Source: a bacterium
GTDB taxonomy: Bacteria; Verrucomicrobiota; Verrucomicrobiia; Limisphaerales; JAJXZI01
NCBI GenBank assembly: GCA_021780115.1
Contig: JAJXZI010000022.1
Coordinates: forward strand, 1 to 60,537
DNA: 60,537 bases
Reading direction: 5' to 3'
The position numbers were made by a program, and so were the translations under genes. Of this stretch, positions 59,992 to 60,537 are shown piece after piece (position 1 is the first letter of the stretch; each line of letters starts with the position of its first letter). The notes below the pieces were generated by a model. The model saw only the letters and a program-made list of their open reading frames with translations. It was not told where the DNA came from and searched no databases.

Positions 59992-59993
59992 CC

Positions 59994-60537
59994 ATGAGTA
60001 AAATACTTGTTCTCTACTACTCCACCTATGGCCACGTCGAAACGATGGCCAACGCCGTTGCCGAAGGCGCACGGACGGTCCCCGGGATTGCGGTCACGCT
60101 CAAGCGCGTGCCCGAAACCATGCCGCCCGAAGTCGCCAAACAAGCTGGCGCGAAACTCAATCAAACTGCCCCCGTGGCTTCGCCCGGCGAATTGGCCGAT
60201 TACGACGCCATCATCTTCGGCACGCCGACACGCTTCGGCAACATGGCGGCGCAGATGCGCAGTTTTCTTGATCAAACCGGCGGCCTGTGGGTCAAAGGCG
60301 CGCTCGTCGGCAAGGTCGCCAGCGTTTTTGCCAGCACCGGCACCGGCGGAGGCAACGAATCCACCATCCTCACTTTCATCCCGACCCTGCTGCATCACGG
60401 CATGATTTATGTCGGCCTGCCTTACGCCTGCCCGGAATTGGCCGACATCAGCGAGCTTAAAGGCGGCAGCCCTTACGGTGCGGCCACCATTGCCGGCGCG
60501 GACGGCTCGCGCCAGCCCAGCGCCAAGGAACTCGCCA
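59994..60537 (+). CDS. wrbA: NAD(P)H:quinone oxidoreductase WrbA (runs off window end)
   Basis: Manual translation: [39 protein letters not shown]. Confidence 0.95.
   Translation, partial: MSKILVLYYSTYGHVETMANAVAEGARTVPGIAVTLKRVPETMPPEVAKQAGAKLNQTAPVASPGELADYDAIIFGTPTRFGNMAAQMRSFLDQTGGLWVKGALVGKVASVFASTGTGGGNESTILTFIPTLLHHGMIYVGLPYACPELADISELKGGSPYGAATIAGADGSRQPSAKELA

Overview
GC-rich bacterial chromosome segment. It is most likely Verrucomicrobiota, inferred from a VPDSG-CTERM-like tail, an ECF sigma/Ser-Thr kinase pair, and ThuA, PQQ-propeller and sulfatase genes. The backbone is housekeeping: nadA, cimA, valS, purD, hisA, hemW, csp, purM, mutY, cutA, tolC, pheT, zwf, pgl, accA, a PMI gene and wrbA. 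An accessory island at about 1.3-19.3 kb holds an ECF sigma factor, a TPR Ser/Thr kinase and three copies of a candidate ECF promoter. These precede a co-oriented run of secreted proteins: a beta-propeller, two signal-peptide-bearing phage-tail-fibre-like proteins with S74 autochaperone domains (each followed by a small paralogous GGFW partner), a large possible pore-former, and a broken VPDSG-CTERM gene. Four of these share an uncharacterised C-terminal module. Just downstream, a phased 13-unit array of 21/22-bp palindromic repeats lies between a perfect TATAAT and a small helical hypothetical gene. The window also has REP-like palindromes and heptamer repeats inserted in frame in genes, a candidate sRNA, several apparently leaderless genes, gene remnants and a decayed IS5-family element. 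No tRNA, rRNA or CRISPR array was seen. All family calls come from reading motifs, not from database searches.
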